A program made the translations under genes and the position numbers. This document shows, in pieces, positions 42,501 through 52,130 of a DNA stretch of 64,000 nt (within the stretch, counting starts at the first letter, position 1; each line of letters opens with the position of its first letter). The notes under the pieces are model-generated. The model was given only the letters and a program-made list of their open reading frames with translations, was not told where the DNA came from and searched no databases. This DNA comes from an uncultured Clostridia bacterium (GTDB lineage: Bacteria > Bacillota > Clostridia > TANB77 > CAG-508). The stretch lies in assembly GCA_963558405.1 (NCBI GenBank), contig CAUWGC010000004.1, positions 1 to 64,000 of the forward strand. The letters are read 5' to 3'.

Positions 42501-44737
42501 AATTAGATCCAAATGATGAATCTTTAAGAACAATTCGCACAAGCATTTTATCTTATGAATATGATGAAGAAGATAATCTAATTTCAGGATTTGATAAAGA
42601 TAATATGGAAACTTTAGATTATAAAGAAATTAAAGTAAAATGTAAGGTAAAAGATGTACAAGAAACTGGAAAGAAAATAACAAATATTGCAGATATTACA
42701 GAGTATAAAGATGAAACAGGAAATATTGCAATTGATGTTGATTCAGAATCTGTAAATGTAAAATTGCCATCAGATGAAGAACTTCCAAATTACAAAGATG
42801 ATGAAATAAATAGTGGAAAAGACTATATTCCAGGACAAGAAGATGACGATGATTTTGAAAAACTAAAAATGCAACAATTTGATTTAGCATTAAGAAAATT
42901 TATTACTAAAGTAAATGATGGAGATGTAACATCAAGAATACCAGTAGTAGATGCAAGTAAGTTATATACATATGTAGACGGAAAATTAGTAACAACTGCT
43001 ACATATATACATCCAAAAGATCCAATTTTAGTTTCAAGTGGAGATACTGTGGTATATACAATAAGAGTATATAATGAAGGCGACATTGCAGGATATGTTA
43101 AAGAAGTAATGGATGATATTCCAGAAGGATTATTGTTCTTACCAGAAAATGATACAAATAAAGAATATCGTTGGAAAATGATAAAAGAAGATGGAACTGA
43201 AACAGATAAACCAGAAGAAGCTGTAAAAATAGTAACTGACTATTTATCAAAAGAACAAGAAAAAAATCCAGGAGAAAATTTAATACCAGGATTTGATAAA
43301 TCTACTATGACAGAACCAGCATATAAAGACGTAAAAGTAGCATTTAAAGTAACAGAACCAAATTCTTCTGATAGAATTATTATTAATACAGCAGAAATCA
43401 CTGATGATACAGATGAAAATGGAAACCCAGTAGAAGATATAGATTCTACACCAGATAATAATGTTCCAGAAGAAGATGATATTGATATTGAAAAAATAAA
43501 AGTTGTTGAATTTGATTTAGCATTAAGAAAATTCATAACAGGAGTAAATGACAAAGAAATAACAGATAGAGTACCACAAGTAAACATAGCAGAAGATGGA
43601 ACAATATCATATTTACATACTAAAGAACCAGTAGAAGTAGTAAATGGAAATTTAGTAACATATACATTACGTGTATATAATGAAGGAACAATGAATGGAT
43701 ATGCAAAAGAAATAAAAGATGATATACCAGAAGGACTAGAATTTATACCAGATAATGAAACAAATAAAGAGTATCGTTGGAAAATGTTAGGAGAAGATGG
43801 AAAAACAGAGGTAACAGATGTAAAAGAAGCAAAATATGTAGTAACAGATTATCTATCAAAAGAACAAGAAAAAGTAGACGGAGAAAATCTAATACCAGCA
43901 TTTGATAAAACAACAATGAAAGAGCCAGCATATAAAGATGTAAAGGTAATATTTAAAGTAGTAGAACCAAATACATCAGATAGAATAGTAATAAATACAG
44001 CAGAGATATCAGATGATTCAGATGAAGATGGAAATGATGTAGTAGATAAAGATTCAGTTCCAGATAATAACAAACCAGAAGAAGATGATATAGATATAGA
44101 AAAAGTAAAAGTAAAATACTTTGACTTAGCGCTAAAGAAATGGGTAACACAAGCAATAGTAATAGAAGATGGGAAATCAACAATAACAGAGACAGGACAT
44201 ACAGGAGAAGAAAACCCAGAGCCAATAGTAAAAGTAGATTTACATAGAAAAGACATAAATAAAGTAACAGTAAAATTCAAATACAAAATAAAAGTAACAA
44301 ACGAAGGAGAAATAGAAGGCTATGTAAAAGAGATAACAGACCATATACCAGAAGGATTAAAATTTGTAAAAGAAGATAATCCAAAATGGGTACAAAAAGA
44401 TGAAAAGACAATAACAACAGATCAATTAAAAGATACATTATTAAAACCAGGAGAAAGTGCAACAGTAGAAGTAGTGCTAACATGGATAAATGATGGAGAC
44501 AATATGGGAGTAAAAGTAAACATAGCAGAAATAAGTAAGGATTATAACGATAGTCATACACCAGATATAGATTCAACTCCAGGAAATGAAGTACCAGGAG
44601 AAGATGACATAGATGATGCACCAGTTATGTTAACAGTTGCAGCAGGTGAAGTACCAAGTTATATAGGATTTGGAACAATAATAGTTGTAATGTTAGCAGG
44701 AGGAATATTCTTAATAAAAAAATATGTATTTGAATAA
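39581..44737 (+). CDS. Large surface adhesin: Cys-Gln thioester domain + six isopeptide/DUF11-like Ig repeats + C-terminal anchor
   Basis: Signal peptide; YCLKQG and VQQLAVWYF; six FD(I/L)(S/A)L(R/K)K...NEG...N.AEI repeats; TM + KK tail; start moved to ATG 39581 after SD. Confidence 0.85.
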   Translation: MKKIRKSFLSIIIITLFLLLFTGITQSYAAIANPPKRFGVISVRPNAGYGYLVSGNDKVWKIVEYNDASSNPAVIDYSRTIYCLKQGLGFGSGGIRPLPEYYDTYFDMKKEYGTMPSNYKSMLPQSYNEVLWLLDNIYVADGTESSKHEREALLAKVFKDDLEDTELYPPFTMEDIVLTDDDMDVVQQLAVWYFTNPENDYLKNDVNLFISSNEMAQPNEFKILSDREFDDENGYIRLEQANKYFNYLKEQAKLNASNYGSGDIREDNRRPIELSKNGITVKEENGKYIIGPYKIEKVTEADYTLNAKFKKGTESGEDFTNYTLLDKEQKPTSKTINELVGENFYISVPTTEELETLVFTIDVEYYVRELQYWTVGDAPSTNQPIVIVKRIKKNYSDSVSVTIKQPEKNFDISLRKFITTVNDKELKDGQSRYLREPIVDISKLNTIVDGRLITTAEYNHPKTPVSVKAGDTVVYTIRVYNEGEVNGYANEITDYLPPELEFLPDDPLNKQYGWTLDTNDLSNRTVKTNYLSKETEEVPGEHILKAFTGSNDRAILELDYKDVQIKCKVKSVSEVNKKITNIAEITEYKDESGNIATDRDSTQDNVIRPSDSDLPNYKDNEINSGKPYIPGQEDDDDFEKLVMQRFDISLRKFITSVNNEELLKEDGSYIREPIVDVTPLKEGTGTTAIYKHTKIPVEVKVGDIVVYTIRVYNEGEVSGYANEIIDHLPPELEFLPNDELNKEYGWELDASDPSNRTIKTKYLSYETNQKDNLIDAYNKDTMQTLDYKEVKVKCVVKTTQETGKKITNIAEITEYKDESGNIATDVDSDAGNVVLPTDENLPKYKDDEINSGKEYIPGQEDDDDFEKLVMKKFDLSLRKFITSVNGKELIDENGKYIREPIVDVTPLKEGTGTTAIYNHTKVPVGVKSGDIVIYTIRVYNEGQVSGYANEIVDHLPPELEFIINDDLNASYGWKLDPNDESLRTIRTSILSYEYDEEDNLISGFDKDNMETLDYKEIKVKCKVKDVQETGKKITNIADITEYKDETGNIAIDVDSESVNVKLPSDEELPNYKDDEINSGKDYIPGQEDDDDFEKLKMQQFDLALRKFITKVNDGDVTSRIPVVDASKLYTYVDGKLVTTATYIHPKDPILVSSGDTVVYTIRVYNEGDIAGYVKEVMDDIPEGLLFLPENDTNKEYRWKMIKEDGTETDKPEEAVKIVTDYLSKEQEKNPGENLIPGFDKSTMTEPAYKDVKVAFKVTEPNSSDRIIINTAEITDDTDENGNPVEDIDSTPDNNVPEEDDIDIEKIKVVEFDLALRKFITGVNDKEITDRVPQVNIAEDGTISYLHTKEPVEVVNGNLVTYTLRVYNEGTMNGYAKEIKDDIPEGLEFIPDNETNKEYRWKMLGEDGKTEVTDVKEAKYVVTDYLSKEQEKVDGENLIPAFDKTTMKEPAYKDVKVIFKVVEPNTSDRIVINTAEISDDSDEDGNDVVDKDSVPDNNKPEEDDIDIEKVKVKYFDLALKKWVTQAIVIEDGKSTITETGHTGEENPEPIVKVDLHRKDINKVTVKFKYKIKVTNEGEIEGYVKEITDHIPEGLKFVKEDNPKWVQKDEKTITTDQLKDTLLKPGESATVEVVLTWINDGDNMGVKVNIAEISKDYNDSHTPDIDSTPGNEVPGEDDIDDAPVMLTVAAGEVPSYIGFGTIIVVMLAGGIFLIKKYVFE

Positions 44738-44739
44738 AA

Positions 44740-44776
44740 AATAAAAAAGTAGATAATTTTGATTATCTACTTTTTA
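44740..44776 (+). terminator. Terminator after adhesin
   Basis: AAAAAGTAGATAAT-tttg-ATTATCTACTTTTT. Confidence 0.75.
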
Positions 44777-45007
44777 TTGTATAGGAAAAATCGAAGATTT
44801 TGAGTATACAACAAGGTTAGATTACCTTAGACTGTCCGAGCAAAGCGAGTGACATGTATTTTGCAGTTACTTCAGAGACATTCTTAGCAAAATACCTTTC
44901 TTATAAAATTAATAAAAAGTTAAATTTTATAACTTAAAATAATTATTTACATTCTATATGTAATATGATATAATTCCTAATATCTGGAATAGAGAGGTGT
45001 AAAACAA

Positions 45008-45925
45008 ATGAACCAAATACTAAACACAGGTAAAAAGAAAAAAGAGCCAGCAGGAATAAAATCAATTGTGTTATTTTTTAGTATTTCTATATTTATATTT
45101 GGAAGCATTTTAATAGGACATAGTTCATATTCAATGTATCAATATCAAAAAGAACAAGAAGAACTAAGAAGAAAAGATGTACTTGCGTTAAATATTACTA
45201 GAGACGGAAAAATGCTTACTTTACATGTTAAAAATGAAAATACTATTGATAAAGTTGTATATAATTGGAATAATACAGAAGACCATATTTTATTAGGAAA
45301 AGGTAGAAATGAGTTTTCAGAGGAAATAGAACTTCCATTAGGAACTAATGTATTAAATGTAAAAATATCAGATGTTACAGGAAAAAGTAAAAATTATCAA
45401 AAAGAGTATATTCTTGAAGAAGGAGATATTACAGGTCCAGAAATAGAACTTGTAGTAGTTGGTGATAAAGTTAAAATTGTAGCAAGAGATGATGCAAGAT
45501 TGTCTTATATTACTTATCGTTGGAATGAAGAACAAGAAACAACAATAAATCCAAGACCAGAGTCACCAGCATTAATAGAAACAGAAATTGATATAAAGAA
45601 AGGATTAAATACACTTACTGTAATAGCAGTGGATGATCATAATAATACAGAAGAAAAGAAACAGGATTTTGAAGGTGTTACAAAACCAAAATTAGAGTTA
45701 ACAAAAGAAGGAAATTATTTAGTTATAAAAGCAACAGATGAAGATGATGGATTAGATAGAGTTGAATATACAATTAATGATCAAAAATATTTAATTCCAT
45801 TAAAACATGGAGAAAAGACAGTAACATATAAACAAGAATTAAAATCAGGGGATAATCCATTTACTATTGATGTATATAATAAAAATGGAGATGTCACAAA
45901 TCAATATGGAACTTGTCCAAATTAA
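45008..45925 (+). CDS. Membrane-anchored protein with Ig-like beta repeats
   Basis: N-terminal TM; three repeats ending G.N.L.(V/I)...D. Confidence 0.7.
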   Translation: MNQILNTGKKKKEPAGIKSIVLFFSISIFIFGSILIGHSSYSMYQYQKEQEELRRKDVLALNITRDGKMLTLHVKNENTIDKVVYNWNNTEDHILLGKGRNEFSEEIELPLGTNVLNVKISDVTGKSKNYQKEYILEEGDITGPEIELVVVGDKVKIVARDDARLSYITYRWNEEQETTINPRPESPALIETEIDIKKGLNTLTVIAVDDHNNTEEKKQDFEGVTKPKLELTKEGNYLVIKATDEDDGLDRVEYTINDQKYLIPLKHGEKTVTYKQELKSGDNPFTIDVYNKNGDVTNQYGTCPN

Positions 45926-45993
45926 AAATATAGCATACCTTGTGTGACATAAACACAAGGTATTTGCTAACAAAAAGGATTGGAAGAGTAAAA

Positions 45994-46815
45994 ATGGAGC
46001 TAAATGAGATATTAAAATTATTTTTATATTTTATTATATATTCTTTTTTTGGATGGTTATTAGAATCTATTTGTAAAACAATATGGGAAAAAAAATTAGT
46101 AAATAGTGGATTTTTACATGGACCACTTTGTCCAATATATGGAGTTGGTGCAATTATAATGATATTATTTTTAAATAGCTTTAAAAATAATATACTAGTA
46201 CTATTTATAGTATCTTTTGTAGTACTTACCATATGGGAATACATAGTTGGAGTATTACTAGAAAAATTATTTAATACTAAATACTGGGATTATTCAAATA
46301 ATAAATATAATTTTCAAGGTAGAATTTGTTTATTAAATTCATTTTATTGGGGAATATTGGGAGTTGTATTTACATTATTAATACATCCATTTATTGAATC
46401 AAAAGTAGAATTATTACCACAAAACATATTAATATATACTAATATTATGTTAGGAATATATATATTAGTAGATACAATAGTAAGTGTTGTTAAAGTAAAT
46501 AATATTGATATAAAAATCAAAACGATTGCAGAACTTGGTGAAAGTTTAAAAGAAAAATTAGAAGAATTAAAAAATATAGGAGAAAATTCAACAAAGGCAA
46601 TAAATAAAGAATTAATTCAGGAAAAAATTGAAGAATTAAAACAAAAACAAAATAGATTAATAAGAAAATTATATAGACATACATTGCGTTTAAAAAGAGC
46701 TTTCCCAACAATGAAATCAGAAAAAATTAGTGAGTTTTTAAATCAAAAAATTGATTTTCATAATATAGAAAAAATAAAAAAAGGGTACAAACAAAAAAAA
46801 GAAAATAACAAATAA
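45994..46815 (+). CDS. Putative ABC-permease-like membrane protein (CmpB/TMEM229, DUF1113 family)
   Basis: YSFFGWLLE, GFLHGPLCPIYG, WDYS..YNFQGRICL. Confidence 0.85.
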   Translation: MELNEILKLFLYFIIYSFFGWLLESICKTIWEKKLVNSGFLHGPLCPIYGVGAIIMILFLNSFKNNILVLFIVSFVVLTIWEYIVGVLLEKLFNTKYWDYSNNKYNFQGRICLLNSFYWGILGVVFTLLIHPFIESKVELLPQNILIYTNIMLGIYILVDTIVSVVKVNNIDIKIKTIAELGESLKEKLEELKNIGENSTKAINKELIQEKIEELKQKQNRLIRKLYRHTLRLKRAFPTMKSEKISEFLNQKIDFHNIEKIKKGYKQKKENNK

Positions 46816-46835
46816 TAAAAACAAAGGAGAAGTAT

Positions 46836-47762
46836 ATGTTACAAGAAATTTATATTGTAGATAATGATGCAAAAGGTGTTGAAGAATTAAAGAGATTATT
46901 TGAAAAAGAGAAAGAATTTGTTTTTCGTAGCGTGAAAACAAATAATTTAGATGTAGCATTAAAAAATATTCCATCACTTATTATTATAAATGAAGATACT
47001 GTAGATGAAAATATATTAGATATATGCAAAAAAATAAGAGGAAATGAAGATAATAGTATAACTCCTATTATAGTAGCTTCCTCTAATATGGATAAACAAC
47101 ATAAAATTGAAATATTGCAATCAAATATAGAATATTATTTACTTAAGCCAATAGATGAAAAATATCTTTATTATACAATAAAAAATATTATACGTCTTAT
47201 ATATACAAATAGAAAAGTAAGTCCGTTAACAGGTTTACCAGGAAATGTACAAATACAAGCAGAATTAAAGAAGCACTTACTAAAAAAAGAAGATTTTATT
47301 GTATTATATTTTGACCTTGATAACTTTAAAGCATATAATGATGTATATGGTTTTTTACGAGGAGATGAAATAATTAAATTTACAGCAAAGACAATATTAT
47401 CTAATATACATAAAGCTACTTGTAAAGAAGCTTTTGTAGGACATATTGGTGGAGACGACTTTGTAGCAATAATACAAGCAGATGAATATGAAGAGATTTG
47501 CCAAAATATAATTCAAGAATTTGATGAAGGTATAAAAAACTTTTTTACAGAAGTTGACAAAACAAGAGGATATGTTGAATGTGCTAATCGTAAAGGAATT
47601 ATTGAACAATATCCATTAACATCAATTTCTATAGGAGTTGTTGTAGCAGATAAAAATAGATTTGCAAATATTTTGGAAATTGGGGAAATTGGAGCTGCAG
47701 TAAAACATGTAGCAAAGGTAACAATTGGAAGTACATATGCTATTGACAGAAGAAAAAATTAA
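46836..47762 (+). CDS. Receiver-like + GGDEF-domain protein
   Basis: SPLTGLPGN, DLDNFKAYND.YG, GHIGGDDF. Confidence 0.88.
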   Translation: MLQEIYIVDNDAKGVEELKRLFEKEKEFVFRSVKTNNLDVALKNIPSLIIINEDTVDENILDICKKIRGNEDNSITPIIVASSNMDKQHKIEILQSNIEYYLLKPIDEKYLYYTIKNIIRLIYTNRKVSPLTGLPGNVQIQAELKKHLLKKEDFIVLYFDLDNFKAYNDVYGFLRGDEIIKFTAKTILSNIHKATCKEAFVGHIGGDDFVAIIQADEYEEICQNIIQEFDEGIKNFFTEVDKTRGYVECANRKGIIEQYPLTSISIGVVVADKNRFANILEIGEIGAAVKHVAKVTIGSTYAIDRRKN

Positions 47763-47771
47763 TATTATTAA

Positions 47772-47802
47772 GTAATAAAACAAAAACACTTTTACATATA
47801 CT
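47772..47802 (+). promoter_or_regulatory. Putative sigma-E (mother cell) promoter of cwlD
   Basis: GTAATAA...CATATACT, with ATAA-16 nt-CATA spacing. Confidence 0.5.
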
Positions 47803-47832
47803 TATAAAAAAGGTATAAGTAGGAGTGTTTTT

Positions 47833-48012
47833 ATGGTTATTATAAGAAAGAAAAAAATTATAATAGTATTTTCATTACTATTATTTTGTTTATCAATAGG
47901 ATTAATGGTAACAAATACAAAAGAAGAAACAATTGCAACTGTTTCACTTCCAGTTAGCAATAAAACAATTGTATTAGATGCAGGACATGGAACACCAGAT
48001 GAGGGGGATTGA
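47833..48012 (+). pseudogene. cwlD: 5' fragment of CwlD-like N-acetylmuramoyl-L-alanine amidase, interrupted by an integrated element
   Basis: SD AGGAG; signal anchor then LPVSNKTIVLDAGHGTPDEG, with a stop immediately after. Confidence 0.8.
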
Positions 48013-48098
48013 TTATTAACCCTAAATAATAATAACTAATCTTATACAGTAAAATAAAGTGTTTAGGCACTTTATTTTTTTTAGATATAATAAAAAGT

Positions 48099-48128
48099 TT
48101 TTGGGAAAATAGCACATTTCATTTCGCC
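48099..48128 (+). repeat. 30-bp direct repeat, copy 1
   Basis: TTTTGGGAAAATAGCACATTTCATTTCGCC, identical at 60517-60546. Confidence 0.9.
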
Positions 48129-48200
48129 TATTTATATAGAATACTAAAAATGCTAATTAGTAAATATAAATTATTTATAAAAGGAAATGGGGAAATAAAG

Positions 48201-48530
48201 ATGAGTGCATTAACAAATTTATTAGCAAATAATGGCTATATCATAGTAAATAAAGTTTTAATTAGAAAATTGGGATTAGAATGTGCAATTTTGATTGGAG
48301 AATTATGTAGTGAATATTCATACTGGGAAAAGCATAATAAGTTAGAAAATGGATTTTTTTACTCTACAAGAGAAAATATATTCAACAATACTGGGATTTC
48401 TAGTTATTATCAAAGGAAAGCTATTGCAAAGTTAGTACAAAAAAAGATAATAATCGAAAAATATGAAGGGATACCACAGAAAAGATGGTATACTTTAAAT
48501 TTTGATAAATTATATGAAATTTTAAATTAA
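48201..48530 (+). CDS. Replication-initiator-like winged-helix N-terminal domain (probably truncated)
   Basis: YIIVNKVLIRKLG...GFFYSTRE...TGIS.Y.QRKAI..L...GIP...Y; stop-ridden Asn-rich linker remnant follows. Confidence 0.6.
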   Translation: MSALTNLLANNGYIIVNKVLIRKLGLECAILIGELCSEYSYWEKHNKLENGFFYSTRENIFNNTGISSYYQRKAIAKLVQKKIIIEKYEGIPQKRWYTLNFDKLYEILN

Positions 48531-48761
48531 AAACAGGCTTTACGACTTGATATCAAAAAACTGCACAACAAGGAGTAAAGAAACTTGATGACTTAGTGTT
48601 AAAAATTTAACATAAATAATAATAACAATAATAATAAAAAAATAATAATAAGAGGATAAAAAATAAAATAGGTTCGCCTTTAAAAAATTAATGTTATATA
48701 ATCATCTTGTAAATTAATTTATATAATAAATATTTAGAGTTAACTTTAAATTAATTTCAAA

Positions 48762-49055
48762 TTGGAGGTGGTGTATATAAAAAGATTAGGTAAATATGGA
48801 ATAAAAATAAAAAAGAATATGGAAGAAAATTATCAATCTAGATTTCAAGAATTAGTAATTGATGGAACAATAATGGACAAGTTATTAGAAAGAGAAGATG
48901 AAATAATTAGCAAAAAGCATAAATTAGAGAAGAAACTAAAGCTAAAATATCCAAGACCAACCACAAATGAATTTTTAGTTGTAGCAAAATATAATCAAAT
49001 GATAGAGGAAATGGTAGAAGAATTATTACAAGAAGAAATAGAAGAAAAACTCTAA
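48762..49055 (+). CDS. TnpV-like protein
   Basis: LGKYG motif, size and helical pattern of TnpV. Confidence 0.55.
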   Translation: MEVVYIKRLGKYGIKIKKNMEENYQSRFQELVIDGTIMDKLLEREDEIISKKHKLEKKLKLKYPRPTTNEFLVVAKYNQMIEEMVEELLQEEIEEKL

Positions 49056-49311
49056 TAAATCTAATGTAAAATTTGCAAATAGAGGATTACACAGAAATTC
49101 CCTAATTAGGGAATTATTGAAAAAGATAATTAAAATATTGAAATATTGAAGTAGATAAAAATCAGACTTTAAAGCAATATATTAAAGCAAGATTCCTATT
49201 TGTATCCACAAATGGTTTTTTGCATAAAATGGGAAAATTCCCAAACCCTTTTAATTTTTAATTGAAAAATCTCTTTATTAGAGATACAATAAAATAATAG
49301 GAGGTGTAAAT

Positions 49312-49653
49312 ATGGTAAAAATTAAAGATATAGAAAAATATATAGATGATGAAATGATAAATATTATATTTAGAGAAAGAGAAGAAGGATTATATAGTAG
49401 AAAAGAAAATCAAGATGATGCAGAAGTTATTAGTATTAAAGAAGATTACCCAGTAGATTATGATAAACTTCTAGTAGCAATAAATAATCTACCACCACAT
49501 TTTAATAATACAAGGGAAGGAATAATAGAAGCATTAGAAAGTTACTTAACAAGAGAAAATTTAATCATGGCACATGATAATGAAAAATTCTATAAAATAG
49601 GATTTTGTGATGGAATAAGAACGATATTGGAGAACATAAAAAATAGTAAATAA
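49312..49653 (+). CDS. Hypothetical protein
   Basis: TTGAAA-17-TACAAT promoter, SD AGGAGGT, C-terminal FYKIGFCDG. Confidence 0.7.
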   Translation: MVKIKDIEKYIDDEMINIIFREREEGLYSRKENQDDAEVISIKEDYPVDYDKLLVAINNLPPHFNNTREGIIEALESYLTRENLIMAHDNEKFYKIGFCDGIRTILENIKNSK

Positions 49654-49664
49654 TCTAATATTTA

Positions 49665-49916
49665 CTACGATTTATTAAAATGATTATTAAAAACATCTGC
49701 TGAGACATTAAATACTTTAGCAAATGCAAATAATTCAAAGTCTTGAACTAAACGATTATTTGTTTCAATTTTTGAGACTTCTTTAGATGTTAATTCAATG
49801 CCTAGTAATTGTAATTTTTCTGCCAAATCTTGTTGAGATAAGTTAGATTTTAATCTTAATTCTTTTAAGATAGAGCCAGATATATTTCTAAAATCATTAT
49901 ACTTGTTAATTTTCAT
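49665..49916 (-). CDS. XRE-family HTH regulator
   Basis: LKELR...LSQQDLAEKL...VSKIE. Confidence 0.88.
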   Translation of the reverse strand: MKINKYNDFRNISGSILKELRLKSNLSQQDLAEKLQLLGIELTSKEVSKIETNNRLVQDFELFAFAKVFNVSADVFNNHFNKS

Positions 49917-49925
49917 ATTCTCACC

Positions 49926-49995
49926 TTATTCGCTTTATTATAGATATTATTTTACTATTATTTTTTTATATACATATCTCTAATAAAGCGAATAA
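49926..49995. promoter_or_regulatory. Inverted-repeat operator upstream of XRE gene
   Basis: TTATTCGCTTTATTA (49926-49940) / TAATAAAGCGAATAA (49981-49995). Confidence 0.6.
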
Positions 49996-50199
49996 AAAAT
50001 ACTGAGTATAAATCTAAAAATTATTATAAGGAAACATATTTATAAGGAAATTATATTAAATGAATTAAGAAACATTATGCAGAGAAAATGAAAGATGATT
50101 ATATATTATGAGAAATGGAAAAAAATGTTATCAAATAATTGACATAAAAAGTTAAAAATGGTAAAATATATAAGAAATATTTAATAAATTGGAGAAAAT

Positions 50200-50937
50200 A
50201 TGGAAATTAAAGATAAAGTTGTTGTAATAACCGGTGGAGCAAATGGAATAGGAAAAGCATGTGCTCAAGAATTACATAAAACATATGCAAATATTATTAT
50301 AGCAGATATTGACAAGAAAAATGGTGAAGATATTAAAAAAATATTAGGAAATAGATGCTCGTTTGTAAAAACAGATATTACTATGGAAAGAGAAGTTATA
50401 AAGTTAAAAGAGTTTATAATGTCTAAGTATGGAAGAATTGATATTTTAATTAATAATGCAGCTAAACAGACAGAAAATAGCTTTTTTAATATGAAAGTAA
50501 ATGAATTTAAAAGTGTCATAGATACAAATATTAATGGAACATTCATTTGTAGTAACATATTAGGCAAAGAAATGAAAAAAGGAAGTAAGATTATAAATAT
50601 GCTTTCAGTTCATTATAATAAACCTAGAAAGAACAAATATCATTATGATGCGTCAAAAGCAGGAATTGCCATGCTAACTAAAGAAATGGCACTTGAATTG
50701 ATTGATAAAGGTATAACCGTTAATGGAATTGCATATGGAGCATGTAATACTCCTATGAATGCAAATTGGATTAATAACATTGAGAAAGTTAATGAAACAA
50801 TAAGTAAAATACCATTAAGATGGATAGCTGAACCTGAAGAAATAGCTAGATTTGTTAGAGTAATATTAGAGGACTTTAGTGATTATGCTACAGGAAGTAT
50901 TTTTAATATAGATGGAGGGAGAAGTCTTACTAATTAA
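50200..50937 (+). CDS. SDR oxidoreductase
   Basis: TGGANGIG, NNA, YDASK, IDGG. Confidence 0.92.
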   Translation: MEIKDKVVVITGGANGIGKACAQELHKTYANIIIADIDKKNGEDIKKILGNRCSFVKTDITMEREVIKLKEFIMSKYGRIDILINNAAKQTENSFFNMKVNEFKSVIDTNINGTFICSNILGKEMKKGSKIINMLSVHYNKPRKNKYHYDASKAGIAMLTKEMALELIDKGITVNGIAYGACNTPMNANWINNIEKVNETISKIPLRWIAEPEEIARFVRVILEDFSDYATGSIFNIDGGRSLTN

Positions 50938-50957
50938 AGTATATTTTGGAGGAATAA

Positions 50958-52127
50958 ATGCACTATTTATTAGAAAAATATATTAAGGAAAAATTAAATA
51001 TTGTATTAAAGAAAGTACAGATTCTATTAAAAAAATCAGAAAAGGAAATTAAATTGTTACTTGAAAAAGAGGATTATAGCATTAATTATATAAATTTTCA
51101 AAATAATTCAATTAATGGTGTTATAGAGAAGTGTAATAAAAAGTTTTTCTTTAAAATGTTAGGTAATCAAGATTTTGATAATGAAATAATAGGATATATA
51201 AAAATAAAAAATGCATTGCCAGTTAATAAAATAATAGAAATATATAAATTGCAGAACTGTTATATTATTATTTATGAATACGAAAATACAATAAGTGATA
51301 ATGAAGGGTTATTAAATGATTTTTTAGTAAAAAATGATATAGAAATAACAGATGATTCAAAACAAGTAATTAATAGAATAGTAAACTTGTATAATAGCAG
51401 TTTTAAAGTAACTATTAATAAAAATGTATATCCAATGAAGCAATTTTTTCAAGAAAGAATAAAGTCAAGGCTTAAAAAATGGTATAGTAAAGAAAAATTT
51501 TTTGATTATAATGTTAATATTAATGGGATGGAATCTAGAAAAACTACAGAAATTATAAATGAAGCTAATAATTTTTTTGAAAAAAAGTGTAAATTAGAAT
51601 GTTCTTTATCACAAGGAGATCCAAATACTTTAAATATAGGAACAAAACCTATTTTCTTTGACTTTGCAACATCAGGATATAATCCAATAATTTGCGAATT
51701 CTCTGCAATGTTTTGGTCAGTATTAATAGCAGATGCTTATTTTTGTCCCAAATATCATCCAAAATCATATTACAATCATAATAAAGTCTTTGAAAATATT
51801 GATAAGTTTAATCCAGACTTAAGATATGAGATAAATGATAAAGAGAAAAAAATAAAAATACAATCTAACATTAAATCAAGTAGAATAAGAATCAATTTTA
51901 TGAAAGAGTATATAAAAATGATAGAGACCTTAGAAATAAACATAGGAAAAGAAATCATATATTTTTTATTAATGAGAATACTTTGTATATTTGATATAAG
52001 AACAATGACAAAAGAAGATTATTTTTATAGTATATTTATCTTACATTATTTATATGAAAATATTTCAGAAGATGTTTATACTAGCTTGAAAAATATAATA
52101 GATAATTTTGATATTATAGGAGGATAA
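50958..52127 (+). CDS. APH/choline-kinase-like phosphotransferase-fold protein
   Basis: FFKM, QGDPNTLNI (HGD-like), FFDFA. Confidence 0.6.
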   Translation: MHYLLEKYIKEKLNIVLKKVQILLKKSEKEIKLLLEKEDYSINYINFQNNSINGVIEKCNKKFFFKMLGNQDFDNEIIGYIKIKNALPVNKIIEIYKLQNCYIIIYEYENTISDNEGLLNDFLVKNDIEITDDSKQVINRIVNLYNSSFKVTINKNVYPMKQFFQERIKSRLKKWYSKEKFFDYNVNINGMESRKTTEIINEANNFFEKKCKLECSLSQGDPNTLNIGTKPIFFDFATSGYNPIICEFSAMFWSVLIADAYFCPKYHPKSYYNHNKVFENIDKFNPDLRYEINDKEKKIKIQSNIKSSRIRINFMKEYIKMIETLEINIGKEIIYFLLMRILCIFDIRTMTKEDYFYSIFILHYLYENISEDVYTSLKNIIDNFDIIGG

Positions 52128-52130
52128 TAG

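Noticed and set aside
39702-44621. Numerous minus-strand Leu/Ser-rich ORFs here and elsewhere
   Set aside because: Antisense shadows of A-rich coding strands; no SD or recognisable motifs
48531-48660. Broken continuation of the rep-like gene as another recoding case
   Set aside because: Multiple stops in all frames and no CGG; looks like ordinary decay
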